Positions 27,488 to 40,418 of a DNA stretch of 64,000 nucleotides are shown here, piece by piece (position 1 is the first letter of the stretch; each line of letters starts with the position of its first letter). Position numbers and translations under genes: made by a program. Where the stretch lies: NCBI GenBank assembly GCA_000708835.1, contig DF237232.1:1-64000 (forward strand), read 5' to 3'. Under the pieces are notes generated by a model. That model had not been told where the DNA came from and ran no database searches. It was given only the letters and a program-made list of their open reading frames with translations. Source of the DNA: Klebsormidium nitens (taxonomy: Eukaryota > Plantae > Klebsormidiophyceae).

Positions 27488-28075
27488 NNNNNNNNNNNNN
27501 NNNNNNNNNNNNNNNNNNNNNNNNNNNNNNNNNNNNNNNNNNNNNNNNNNNNNNNNNNNNNNNNNNNNNNNNNNNNNNNNNNNNNNNNNNNNNNNNNNNN
27601 NNNNNNNNNNNNNNNNNNNNNNNNNNNNNNNNNNNNNNNNNNNNNNNNNNNNNNNNNNNNNNNNNNNNNNNNNNNNNNNNNNNNNNNNNNNNNNNNNNNN
27701 NNNNNNNNNNNNNNNNNNNNNNNNNNNNNNNNNNNNNNNNNNNNNNNNNNNNNNNNNNNNNNNNNNNNNNNNNNNNNNNNNNNNNNNNNNNNNNNNNNNN
27801 NNNNNNNNNNNNNNNNNNNNNNNNNNNNNNNNNNNNNNNNNNNNNNNNNNNNNNNNNNNNNNNNNNNNNNNNNNNNNNNNNNNNNNNNNNNNNNNNNNNN
27901 NNNNNNNNNNNNNNNNNNNNNNNNNNNNNNNNNNNNNNNNNNNNNNNNNNNNNNNNNNNNNNNNNNNNNNNNNNNNNNNNNNNNNNNNNNNNNNNNNNNN
28001 NNNNNNNNNNNNNNNNNNNNNNNNNNNNNNNNNNNNNNNNNNNNNNNNNNNNNNNNNNNNNNNNNNNNNNNNNNN
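27488..28075. other. Assembly gap (588 N)
   Basis: Run of N characters. ORF-track entries crossing it are artefacts. Confidence 1.
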
Positions 28076-28465
28076 CCGAACCCTAATCTGCAGTTCATGA
28101 TGTCATTGTTAACACACGTTCACTGACCCTGTTGTTGACCCAACTTTTGACACTGTGGACTGACCCGTGAACTTCCTGAATAATGAAGCACTGAAGCAGT
28201 GTACAAATGCTTTGCATGGTTGATTGTAACTTCCGGTTTCCCCGCCTTAACCCTCCACGTCAGCTTATTTGGCGCTGGTGACTGAGCTTGCTAGGTACTG
28301 AGCTCGATTCACTGATCTCCATTCAAGAATTGGCTTTCCGAATCCAAGCAATGCATCACGACTAATGTTCATCAAATTCAATACTGATCAAGTGGGTATT
28401 TGATGGAGGCCATGGCGTGAAAAGATTTCGTCTTCTCAGCTTGAGGTGGCTTGAGGTAGCTCGGG

Positions 28466-31400
28466 ATGGAGGTCACGACTTCCCTGCACGGCAACGGGGT
28501 GATTGGCATCCTCCGTGAAGCCAAGTACAAATGGGAGCGGCGCTGTCTGCTCACTCCCAGTCATGCTGCTCGCTTGCTACGAGCTGGGAAAGGGCAAAAT
28601 GGTGGTGTGCGCAGGATCATTGTGCAGCCATCTGAGAAGCGGATCTACCGGGACAACCAGTAAGCCTGGCACGCCTCCATTACGTTGTTGCACCCTGATA
28701 CAACTTTACAAGTTTCTGATGGTGTGCAACTGTCATTGGCTCAGAGTATTATCACTTGACACAAACAATGACACAGTCAGGGCTTTGAAACAGACGATAC
28801 TTGAGAAGAATGTTCTCGTAAGGTCTTCAAGGGACTTGCGAGTTCAATTTATCTTTTTGCATAGCTTAGAGTACTTTTTCCGACAAGAACTCAACTGATT
28901 TTCGTTTTGCAGGTATGAGGAAGTTGGGTGCGAAATCTCAGAAAATCTGGAAGAATGCGGAACAATTTTTGGTGTGAAGCAGCCTCAGGTGAGCTTCTGT
29001 TCCTCCCAACAGATTAGAACATCAGTAAGAGCTAATGGGTTTTCAATCGATGTTCAAACCTGGTATGCCTCATGAACATCACTGGAGCATGTGCCTGCAT
29101 CAGCATCTTCGATATCTGCTCCTGGACACCTTTGATGTATGTATGTGTACTTTAGAACCTTTGCAGGCATCCCCCATTGCCTTGGACAGGGCCTGCGCCA
29201 CCTAAAAGTTGGCCCTAGCTGCGATGGCCTCCATGGTCAGCACTCTGCATCTTCTGTGCAGCTCGGCACCCTGCTGCCGCGCCGCTCGTATGCCTTCTTC
29301 AGCCACACGCACAAGGCGCAGCCAGAGAACATGGGGCTGCTGGACGAGGTGCTTGACAAGCACTTGCGCCTCTTTGACTACGAGCTCATTGTGAACGACC
29401 AGGGCAGCAGGCTGGTTGCCTTTGGAGAGTTTGCGGGCCGTGCTGGCATGGTGGACTTCTTGCGGGGGCTGGGTGAGCGCTACCTGGCGCTGGGCTACAG
29501 CACGCCCTTCCTCAGCCTGGGCAGCAGCTACATGTACCCATCCCTGGCGGCCGCCAAGGCTGCAGTGCTCGCTGTGGGGGAGGTAAGAGGCTGGCGACCA
29601 GTCCAGGCAGTAACGTGCTTAAACCCTCTTTTTTCAAACCTCCAGGGACGCCGTACTCATGTATCGGCACAAAGTCTATTAGGGTCCTTGTTTCTGAGAC
29701 CCTCTCTGATTCATAAACCGACAGTGTATGATTAAGGTCATGGCTCTTATAGTGGTCAAAACAAGGATGATCTTAGCCCTTCACTAAGTAGGGGGTTGCA
29801 TCATGTTTTCCCGTTTGTGATGATTGCACCTGATACTAGGCAGCATCAAAGTAGATTTCAAAATCTATTCTTCTGCGTTTGGGATACCTCTTACAATTGC
29901 CTGGTGCTAGCAATAACTTCTCATGCACTCCGCGTGCCACAGGAGATTGCCAGCGTGGGCCTCCCAGCCGCCATCTGCCCCATCACCTTTGTGTTCACGG
30001 GTACAGGCAATGGTGAGCGGAGTTTACTGCTGAGCTTGTTGTTGTCCCATGAGGTCGAGCTGCCTCAAGGTGAATCAAAGCAACGACTTCGAGTACCATT
30101 CTGCCTTTCTACGATCTGTACCAGGGTTGTATGATCGCCGTCTCTATTGTGCTCTCCTGTCTGTTCCCTCCTTGACGCCCGCCTTGACCTCGTGCTCCGC
30201 AGTGTCGCGGGGTGCACAGGAGGTGTTCCGCCTGCTCCCCCACCAGTATGTGGAGCCAGACCAGCTGCCCACCCTGGTCAGCACAGCCAGCGGCCCACGC
30301 TTGCATCACCAGGTGTATGCTGCAGTGGCGCAACCGCAGCACATGGTGGCGCCCAACGACCCCGCCGCGACCTTTGTCAAGGTATCCTCCTGTCGCAATA
30401 TTCCCGGTAACAATTTGGTTCTCAATCTTTCTGTCACGACTTCTGAAAGGAGCTCAGAATGGATGAAGGTTCGGATAACTTTATACCTGTTCGGAGGACA
30501 AGTCAAGTAACTCTGACAAGAGCATCTTCGTTGCTGGCTTGGTTTACAGGAGGTTGTATGCGCTGGTGCAGGAGAAATTCGTCGACCTTGAAAACGCACA
30601 AGTATCTGGTGTGCATCCCTGACCGTGCGTGCAGGCGGAGTACTACGCTCGGCCTGAGCAGTTTCACCCCGTGTTCCACGAGACGCTGGCCCCGTACGCC
30701 ACCGCGGTGATCAACTGCATGTACTGGGAGCGCCGCTTCCCTCGCCTGCTCTCCAAGCACCAATTGCGGGACCTGGCACGGCGTCCAGGCGGCATGAAGC
30801 TGCTGGGGGTGGCCGACATCACCTGCGACGTGGAGGGGTCCATCGAGTGCCTCAACAGAAGCACCAACATCGAGAAGCCATTCTTCCGGTAAGATCAACA
30901 GGCATGCACGTTGCTGCTGTTTTCAGCTCCAAGATTGGCACTTAGCTTCCCATCCAGACCTTATGGAGACGACAGGAAACCTCCGTAGCCACGATGTGCC
31001 AGCTCGATAGACAGTTACTTACTCCCACGCTTTGAAAATGGAGGGCCGTCGCCCTGCTGAGCTGGCCTGGGAAATTTTGTTGTTCAAACGGTCCAGTAGG
31101 GGAAACAAAGGGGAATCGGCAAAGTATTCGTCCCTTCGTGCGGCTATGAAAGGTCGAAGAAAAGCGACGATGCTTATTTTCGATAGCGCAAGCCCATTCA
31201 AGATTTGCGAGCGCTCTCGAATTTTCTCTGCCCGCAAAGTGTTGTCTGTTTGCGAGTCGTGAAAAGGAGAAAGACCCCGTCCTGCAAAAGAGCGGCATCA
31301 GTGTGAAGTTAGAGATTTATTGGTCAAGCCGTCGACGTTCCTGGTTACATCCTTTCGACCCACTGAAATGGATGGATTTGGACGGCTCTCCACGGGCAAT

Positions 31401-34400
31401 TAGCTCCAACAACCTTCCGCAAGCTCCCTCGCGGCCGCTCCCTGTGCCGCCTTCGCCTGGGGCCCCGTCTCGGGGCAGGTCTGAGCCGCGGTGCGCTGGT
31501 GCACAGGTACGACCCCCTGTGCGGCACCTTCCACGACGACATGGACGGCCCGGGCGTGTTCCTGCTGGGCGTGGACATTTTGCCCACGGAGCTGGCGCGC
31601 GAGGCCACCAAGCACTTTGGCGACGCGCTCTTCCCCTTCGTGGCCGCCCTCGCTGCGGCCGACACCCTGGACGCAGCTCCCGAGCCCATGCGGCGCGCGT
31701 GCATCGCCAGCGAGGGGCAGCTCACCCCGCTCTTCGAGTACATCACCAGGATGCGCGAGCGCCTGGCGGAGGCCGCCCCCCAGGGCCAGCTGGCAGTGTC
31801 GGACGACGACGGCCGCTTCTCCACCGTGGTGAGGCACCTGGCGGGGGAGGCGAGCAGCGGTCTGAACAGCTTCCTATTCGAGCAGGAAGAGTCAGGATCA
31901 AGTTCGACTGTCGCTTAGGAATTGATGGAACTATCTGGTTGTCTAGAGTCGGGATCAAAGTAGTTTCAGCTGTAAAATTTGTTTCTTCTCTTTGGACCCT
32001 GTGAAGCTCCCCCTTCAGATCTGTGCACTTTGCCCTTGATGTCGAGCTAAGTCCCTGAGTCGTTGTTGGCGTCCAGATCTCGCTGGCGGGCCACCTGTTC
32101 GACCAGTTCCTGATCAACGAGGCCCTCGACGTGATTGAGACCGCGGGGGGCCGCTTCTCGGTGGCATCCTGCCAAGTGGGTCAGAGCAGCAGAGCCACGT
32201 CATCCGCGGAGCTCCACGTCGCTGCCGACACCGCGGAACAGCTGGCTGAGATTGTAGAGGCGCTGGCTGAGGTGGCGGGCGTCTTCTTCCCGAAGCTGCC
32301 CCCTGCCGTCCGCGCCCTCACGCGCAGCGGCACCATCGAGAAGGCGCGGCAGCGGCAGCGCTCCTGGAACGCGCTGCACTCCGCAGAGCGGCGATCACTG
32401 TCCCCCGTGCCGCGCATGAAGCCGGGCGGCTTCAGCAACGAGAAAGAAGAGCTAGGAGGCCCGACAGCGGATGCCCCACAGGCCACAGCCAATGGTCATC
32501 CGGGCACAGCCGACGGGGCGCCGGTAGAGCACGAGGCTCCACGACGTGCAGGGACCGAGCGTGCGGCCTCTGACGGGGATGCCACCACGGGGCTGCCGCG
32601 TGTGCTGCTGCTCGGGGCCGGACGCATGTGTGAGCCGGTGGTGCGGCACCTAACATCGGTGGGAAAGAGCAGAGCGTGCGCCAGAGACTCGAGCGTGGCG
32701 ATCGGAGATCATGCCAGCGAGAGCCAGACTGGATCAAGAAAGCAGAAGAATGGGGCGGGGCTTGAAGAGAGCGGCCTGGAAGAGTGGCGGGGTGCACAAG
32801 TAACGGTCGCGTCATTGCTGCTGGACGAAGCGCAGAGGGCAGCTGCCATCGGCAAGCAGCGGTGCCTTGCAGTGCAACTGGACACGCGGGACATAGCGCG
32901 GCTGGCCGGCCTGGTGCGCGACAGCGACGTGGTGATCAGCCTTCTGCCACCGGCGTGCCACGTGGCAGTGGCGCAGGCATGCATCGCGGCAGGCAAGGAC
33001 TTGGTGACGGCCAGCTACGTCAGCAGCGAGATGCAGGCGCTGGACGACGCGGCCAGGGCGGCGGGCGTGACGTTGCTGTGCGAGATGGGGCTGGACCCGG
33101 GCATTGGTAAGGGCCCGCACCGGAAGAGCAGCCCAAGGCACGGGGGAGAGTCAGGGACGGCTCTGGTGCGGCCTCCGTACAGGTTCTGAAGGTTTCCAAG
33201 CTCTTTGAGGTCCGCACGCCCCCTTCTTCTCCAAATGCTGGTCGTAATCATGACTGGCTTCTCCTAGACATGTTTAGTGTCTTAGACCAACTTCGCCGTT
33301 GCGTGGGTTACTTGCAGACCACATGTCCGCCATGAAGATGATCGACGGCATCCACGCAGCAGGAGGCCGCGTGCGGTCGTTTGTGTCGGCGTGCGGGGGC
33401 CTGCCGGCGGCGGCGGCGGCGGACAATCCGCTGGGGTACAAGTTCAGCTGGAACCCGCGGGGGGCCATCATGGCGGGGCGCAACGCCGCCACCTACAAGA
33501 TGGACGGGCAGGTTGTCAACGTGGCAGGTGGGTCAGCTGATGCCGGCAACTCGTAGGTTGGAGCGTAACCTGGGAAACAGGAAGAGCGCCCCTTCACGAG
33601 AACCTTTTGCTCGCAGCCTCCTCTCAGAGCTGGTGTGCACTCTTTGGCCGGCCACGCCACACCGCTCTCCATTCAAACTAATGCAGGATGGTTACTTCTG
33701 CCGAGAGAGCGGGGCCAACAAGACTCAGCGATCCTGCGATTGGTGCATTCTGGTTGCCCATGGGGAGGCTCTTTGCCCTTCACTTTCGCATCCTGCGTCG
33801 TTACGTCCGCTTCCTTCACAACTTTTCACGACCCTGGTGAGCAGCTAGCCGCCATGGCGACTTGGCCTGCGGACCCGTCTCCTCCTTCCGCTCTCTGTCC
33901 TGGCTGCCCCTTTATCCGTGCTCTGCCGTCCTCCCCCGGTGCAGGTCCTGCCCTCTTCTCTGCCGCGCAGCCGTGCTCGCTCCCTGGCCTGCCCGCGTTC
34001 GCCCTGGAGCGGCTGCCCAACCGCGACTCGCTGCTGTACGGGCCGCTCTACGGCATCGACGCTGAGGCGGCCACGCTCTTCCGCGCCACCCTGCGCTACC
34101 AAGGTGCGCTTATCCGGCCTGTACACCATTCGTCAGCTGCGCCTTTTTGAGTGTCTCGTTTTCAGCACAGTACACCTCGCCCTGGCACCGGGTGTCAGAC
34201 TGCGCTTCTGAGCCGTCGCCCCCCGTCCCGTCTCTCTCCCTTGGCAGGCTTCAGCTCCTTAATGGACTGCTTCGGCCGGCTCGGCTTCTTCGACCTCTCC
34301 CCGGTGTCCTCGCTGGCGCACCCCGCCACCTTCCTGTCCTTCCTGGAGGCCTGCTTCCCCTCCGCGGCTGCACCAGGACAGACCTTTGCTGTGCGCGAGC

Positions 34401-35712
34401 GGGCCGTGCTAGAAGGGCTGGCCCGCACTCTTGAGGCCCAACTGGGGGGCGGCGCTGCGGAGCTGGTGTCCCGGGCGGTCGACTGTGCCAGGTACGACGT
34501 CCGCACGTGTAAGTCCTGAATGGACCGCAATCGTGCTGTCGCCCGAATTTGAGGAGGCCGGGGCGATCGGGCAATGGCTTTGCCGGTTTCTGCCAGCCGT
34601 CCTGCCACGGGTAGCTTGGCTTTCCTCCGCTCAGGCGGGTCCTCGCATCAACGCTACTTCAACATGCGCTCGGCTTCGCAGTCGTGCGCCACGCTTGCCC
34701 GCCTCACCCGTCTGTCTGCCGCGCAGGTGGCTGGGCCTGACGCGCGAGGCCCCCCTGCCCGCCGCGGTGGCCAGCCCGCTGGACCTGTTGTGTCACTGCA
34801 TGGAGGCCAGCATGGGCTACCAGCCGGGCGAGCAGGTGCGCCCGCCCCGCCTCTCTCCGGTCGAACCTTGTGATCCACACGGAGACTACGACGGTCTATG
34901 AACGACGGTTCGCCTAGCTAAAGCACCGTTAAGCAGAGGTCTCGAACGATGATGCTGCCGCCGCTTTCGCCGGTGTCTCTGCTGGCCCTGCGTCATGTTG
35001 TGGTGGCCCTGTGCAGGACATGGTGCTGCTGCACCACGACGTTGTGGAGGAGACGGCCGGGGGGGGCCGCCGGCGGCACAGCGCCACGCTGGTGGCGGTC
35101 GGCGAGGCCGAGGGGCGGCACGGCGGGCAGCCTGAGACGGCCATGGCCAAAACCGTGGGCCTGCCTGTCGCCATTGCCGCACAGGTAGGGCCTTTGCACT
35201 GGTGAACCTGATTAGCTGGTCGGACCACGGTGGCTACCTGTGGCTGGCTGCTGTAAGGACAAGCCTTGCTGATTGCGCGAACTTGACATTGCATAGAACT
35301 GGTCTGTATGTCAAGGGAGATGCGGTTGCTAACCGCGCTTGCATGCCTGCAGCTTCTGTTGAGCCGGCGGGTGCAGAGCCGCGGCGTGTTGCGCCCCGTG
35401 ACGCCTGACATATACGGCCCAGGTAAGGCCATCCACTTGCACCTGGGCTGCGCATGCCTCGGCAGACTGCCAAAAAGTGAAAGAAACTCCAAGGAACAAC
35501 CCCCGACCTGGTGCAGATCGTGCAAGATATCTGCAGGGTCATGAAGTAGTATAGTGAGATGTGAATGCAGACCCCGGATGTTGGTGTAAAGCCTTGCCAA
35601 CGCACGTTGGATCAACACTCAACTTCGTCCTTTTCGGTGTGCAGCTTTGAAGGAGCTTGGTCGACTCGGGGTGAGCTTCAAAGAGAGAGTTACTGACATA
35701 ATGGAGATTTGA
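28466..35712 (+). CDS. LKR/SDH: Bifunctional lysine-ketoglutarate reductase/saccharopine dehydrogenase (alpha-aminoadipic semialdehyde synthase), plant type
   Basis: GNGVIGILREAKYKWERRCLLTPSH; AFFSHTHKAQ; FGEFAGRAGMVDFLRGLG; VINCMYWERRFPRLL; GVADITCDVEGSIE; plant interdomain SLAGHLFDQFLINEALDVIETAGG; SDH VLLLGAGRMCEP, EMGLDPGI|DHMSAMKMID, YKFSWNP, LPNRDSL, MAKTVGLPVAIAA. Stop TGA at 35710-35712. Confidence 0.96.
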
Positions 35713-36539
35713 TTCGGCAGTAGAGTTACCATATTGAGGCAACGTTGTTCTCGTCTAACATAGAGGTGTGATAACAAACGCGGCGACGAGTTAGGTAGAA
35801 GATAAGAAGATAATCTTGTAATTTAGCGTTCATCATTTCAGGCCACTAGACGGTATGTGTACATAATCGAGGTTGAGGATGGTACCATTGAATCATAGTA
35901 GAGACCTTTCGTGTATGTGTATCATTGTTTCAAGTGAGCAGATTAGGAAAGTGCTCAAGGTGAAACGAAAGCGCTGTAGCATATGTATACTACGTGCTTT
36001 TGGGCTGCATGGCCCCTTCAATTGTTTCATCTAAACCTAGCGAGCCAAGATCCGTGCTTAAGACAAAACGGCGGCATTGCGGTGCAAGTCCTTGAACATT
36101 ATGGTCGCCGCAATGTTCATTGCACAAGATCGTTGTTTTGGATCTTTTTCGACCCTAGCCTGTGATCTTCCGGCACTGCCCGATACTTGATTGTCATGCA
36201 GGCGAATCTTCCACTAAGCCTGCCGGGATGCCCTGTAAAGGCGATCCTAGTTGCGCGTAGGTACGCCCTAGACTTGCAGGTGAGCAACAGCTGGCGGCCG
36301 CCATGCATGGTGCCCTATAGCATTTGCAGCACATGCGCTTCTTCCTAGCTTTGCATACTAAAAACTTGGTTTCTTATAGTATGCAGTTAATGAGCCCAAC
36401 CCAGCTAGTCAGAGTCCGGGAATGTCGACGTACTGCATACTCAATATGGCCTAACAGGCTACTCTGCTTCTTATATGGCCATATTGCACATGAATCATCA
36501 TGCACGCGAGCTGATATCATGTGAGGAATATGTTTTCGG

Positions 36540-39500
36540 CTGACGATTCACTCTGTGCAGGAGGTACTGTATATCGGAACGTGCCTGGCCGGCGTAAATA
36601 AGTTAGGCCAGATGTATGCGGTTAGGTGCACTCGCTAGCGAGTTGCCCTGCATTCGCACCGGTTAGTACAGCACGCACGTGTGGCAGTTCTGCTTCATGT
36701 CTCCGGGCATGTCAGTCAGGATAGGCCTCTGTGTACTATGGTTTCGGTAATCATACATTTCTGGATTGCGTTATGTGCATCACATAGCATATCGATCATG
36801 ATTCGTTTCGGCGCCGGTGTTGATGTTTGGTGCGCACCAAACATCAGCAAGGCGAAGCTTGCATGATGTGAGAATGTTTAGTGGGTGCTCTCAAACCTGA
36901 GAGCATACACGCATGCGGATTGGAGGCCTGGCATGCCCGGGGTCTGATCTAAAGTTCCTCATCTTGAATTTGCGTTGGCATACTTGCTAGCCTGATCGCA
37001 GGGTTTATAAAAGCAAGCGACCATCGCTAGCCAGAATCAGTGCATGGGACAGTACGTCTTTATGCAATCCAGAATGTGCCGCTCATGAATCACTAAGCGC
37101 ATATTGATCTGTTCAGAACCGCCAGATTTCTGGCATTGAACTGGTTGAAAATATGTTGCATGATGCAATTCCAGGCCTGTGGTGCGAACACCATGTCCGT
37201 CATTCAATTTCGAGAGAGCATTGCGGTAGGTTGGTCGGCCAGGACTCAACATGCTTGCTTGATCAAAAGTGTGCGGGGCGGATGACCTGTCCCCTCCGCA
37301 ATGGCTATCAATGTTTATGAACAGTCAAGGACTAAACGAATCTTTCTTTACAAGTAACCCTGCTTCCTGGCCTGGACACCTATTTGTCCAAGAGTCAAGA
37401 CGAGGAAGAGGCCAAGGTGCCACGTGATCATCCACAACCTGCATCAACCCACGCCCGTAATCAGAAGACTTCTTCCCCAACATGCTCAAAATTGCGGTCC
37501 CACTTTGCGGATGTGAAGTCCAATCTGTTAACATCCAAACATGAGCATCAGATGGCTCAGAAGCACTGCAACGTATGCTCGGACGCCACCCAGTCCTAAA
37601 CAAGCTGTTGCACTCACCAGAAAGGAGAGTCGGCCGCGGGCCCGGTGGGGAAGTGGGCAAGCTCCGGTCCAATGGACTTGAAGAAGAGGCCGGAGAGGCT
37701 GTCCCCGTTGATGCAGGGGATGCTCGAGGGCAGGATCCAGCCAATGAGAGAGATGCCGGGAACAATGGGCTCCCCAAACTTGCGCTCAAAGTTGTCGTCA
37801 AAGCTGCGCCGGCAATGGGTGACAAGTCAGGCAAGCGCAATTTGGATGAAGCCCGGTATAAACTGCATCATGCTGACATCTGCAATGCACTCTACACCGT
37901 AGACAACGAGTTCTATGCAATTGTGCCTACAAGAAGTGCTCACCAGACTGTGCGGGCGTTTGACCTGGCCACCTTGTTGGCGACGCGCCTGCCGGTGAAG
38001 CTGCTAGCCAAGGCTGCACAAAGGGCAGGAGGCTTATTCAGGTTGTGTCCGCAGGGTTGGTTATCAGGCGGCTTCGTCACACCACGCGATTGTTTTTGGG
38101 TCAATAAGGTGTGCCTATCAGGGCCTTCATCAGATTCAACCCCTACCAGACATCTTTTATCCCCACCCAGGGCCTCCTAATAAGCCACCAGTCTCCACCG
38201 GTGAAGCAGATAGAGACCTGCCCCTTGATCAACCAGCCTCCAATTAGAAAACAGGCAGCACCAATGGGAGAGCCAACTAGCAGTAGGGCCTACGTGCCCC
38301 GGAATGCACAGGGAACTCTTGCAGTAGTCCTCTGATCTTCAGCTTGGAAGTTGGCCAACATTACAAAAGATGTTGAAGATAGATAAAAGGGCATCATTCC
38401 AATCCCAAGCTACGCCTAATGATCATATGGGGGTTCTAAACTGATTCTTGTAACAATGCCAGGCAATGCTACAGCAGTACACTAGGTACCAGAAACTCGG
38501 CAGATGCATATGGTGTTTATCCCACATTCCGAAAACAAGCCCTCTGTGCAAGTTCACAGTAGGGCAGTGTCTTGGCTCCTGATTTTGACATACTGCAATG
38601 CAATTCGTAGGCCTATGGGTCCCCTTGTGCTGTCATTTTTAACAGGTTGGGTTCAATAAGTTGGTATACCCATCTTGACCCAAGGCCAGAGCTCAAAGCA
38701 TGAAACTGTCCATTCTAACATTTATAACGTCCATCATTGTAGGGCAATCTCGGAGGATGTCCGTGGCAAGGTAAGCTCACTATGGTAGATTGAAGTACGA
38801 GTGCTGATGCATCTGGCTGCAGACTTTGCTCCTCAATGAGAGTTTACTGAAAGCATCCAGAGATATATAGCTATGTCTTCCGAAAGAGTACATTCCCAAG
38901 CCCAAGGAATCATGGCGTTGGATGCTAAGTCCATTTTTCTTTCTGCATTCATACAAAGTCCGCGCTCCGGATGATCAACCATTTGCACCAATCTTACCTG
39001 GCCTGGAAGGAGACGCAACCTTGCGAGCCAATGAGGCTCCAGCCAGTCCAGTGATGGGGGCCACAATGCCCAGGGAGCAAGCGGTGGCCATGGCGGCGAT
39101 GCTACAGTCCCTCCCACACGCTAGCTAGCCTGCACGTCTAGAATCTCTTCCACCCTGCGGCCTCAAATCGCTGCGGCTTCCAAGAAACTCTTCCTGTAGG
39201 TAGAGCAGTGTAGGCTGAATGAGCTGTTGCAGATCTGCTCACGACTGGCACGAGGGCTGTGTCAAATTTCAATGCATGCCCCCGGCTTTGAAAGATCCAC
39301 ACGACCACTCCCTTCTCGCCTATTGGCGGAGCGGGGATAAGCAGATCCTCCTCTTACGGTTTTTGCCTGTCATGCAGGTTTCTTGTATACGCGGATCGAA
39401 ATTTTTGAAGAGGATTGGACTTACGCCACGTGTCAAATTTCAATCTCTGCAAATAAAGAACGCGCAGAGCGGCGACCGCCCGCCCGCGGCCTCAGCGCCG

Positions 39501-39650
39501 CCCGCATCACGCTGTCGCCCCATTGCGCACAGAAGCAAGGCCATGCCACCATCGACTCGACTGCCAGAGCAACATTTGATGCGAACCCGGAAGACGTATT
39601 TGGCTCCGGCATGTTATGCTCAGCTGCATGACGCTGCAATAGCCTCATGA
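36540..39650 (+). pseudogene. Degenerate multi-exon gene-like region of unknown family (pseudogene or element-derived)
   Basis: Open frames 37575-38180 (201 aa), 38922-39128 and 39219-39650 share one frame class. Several small segments are bounded by cag/gt, but stops are frequent and no family motif was recognised. Confidence 0.25.
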
Positions 39651-40418
39651 GTAACAACCTTTTTGAGGACACAACGGTAAGTAAACCCGGTAGGACCTAT
39701 AATAAAATGCATTCATCAAGGTGCACATGATCATGACCGGCCGGGCCTACCCGGACTATACAGGAGGTACGTTGGATTTGAGATGCAATTATTCTGCATG
39801 ATGCCCTTGTACGCACCCTGCAAGCAATTTGTCAGTTGCAACTCACTGATTGCATATACAACCTTTGCTTTAGTACGTGGACGGACGTCAATCGATACAA
39901 TTTCAAAACCGTCCGATCTTGAATCCCTCTTTTCTTACTTTCCTACACAGTTTTCAAGCGTTCCTGTGCAGCATTAGTAAACCTTCTGCTGGATACGTTC
40001 GTGAGTCCTTGCACTCAATCGGACGAGTACGGTAGTTTCTATCGTTCATTGACTCAAAGCTTTCATCAACATGCACAACTGTGAACATACACCATATACA
40101 TATGCCAGTTCAACCCGTTGAACACAGATTAGGAAGTCCACCGGCTGAATTGCAAATCAAAGCAGTGCACATAGACGTTACCAGATCCATACGGGCCGCA
40201 ACCCACTCACACCCACTCAGCATACAATTGCACGGACGACGACGGCTGTAAAACCAGTCCGTCAAGAATCGAGGCTCTCAATTCAAGAGGAAAAGGATCC
40301 AACACCGAGAAACTCGGGCTCGTCCCTGGGTCCCATGGTGCACATTTACGTCCAAAAGCATAATGCAGACAGGACAGGTCTTGGCTAGGCATGACTCAAT
40401 GTGCAAAGAAAAACAGTA

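Noticed and set aside
27346-28100. 250-aa and 225-aa ORFs in the ORF track
   Set aside because: They are made of X residues from the N gap and are artefacts.
30890-31505. ORFs on both strands in a long LKR/SDH intron
   Set aside because: They are short (72-118 aa) with no recognisable motifs, and the flanking exons join without them.
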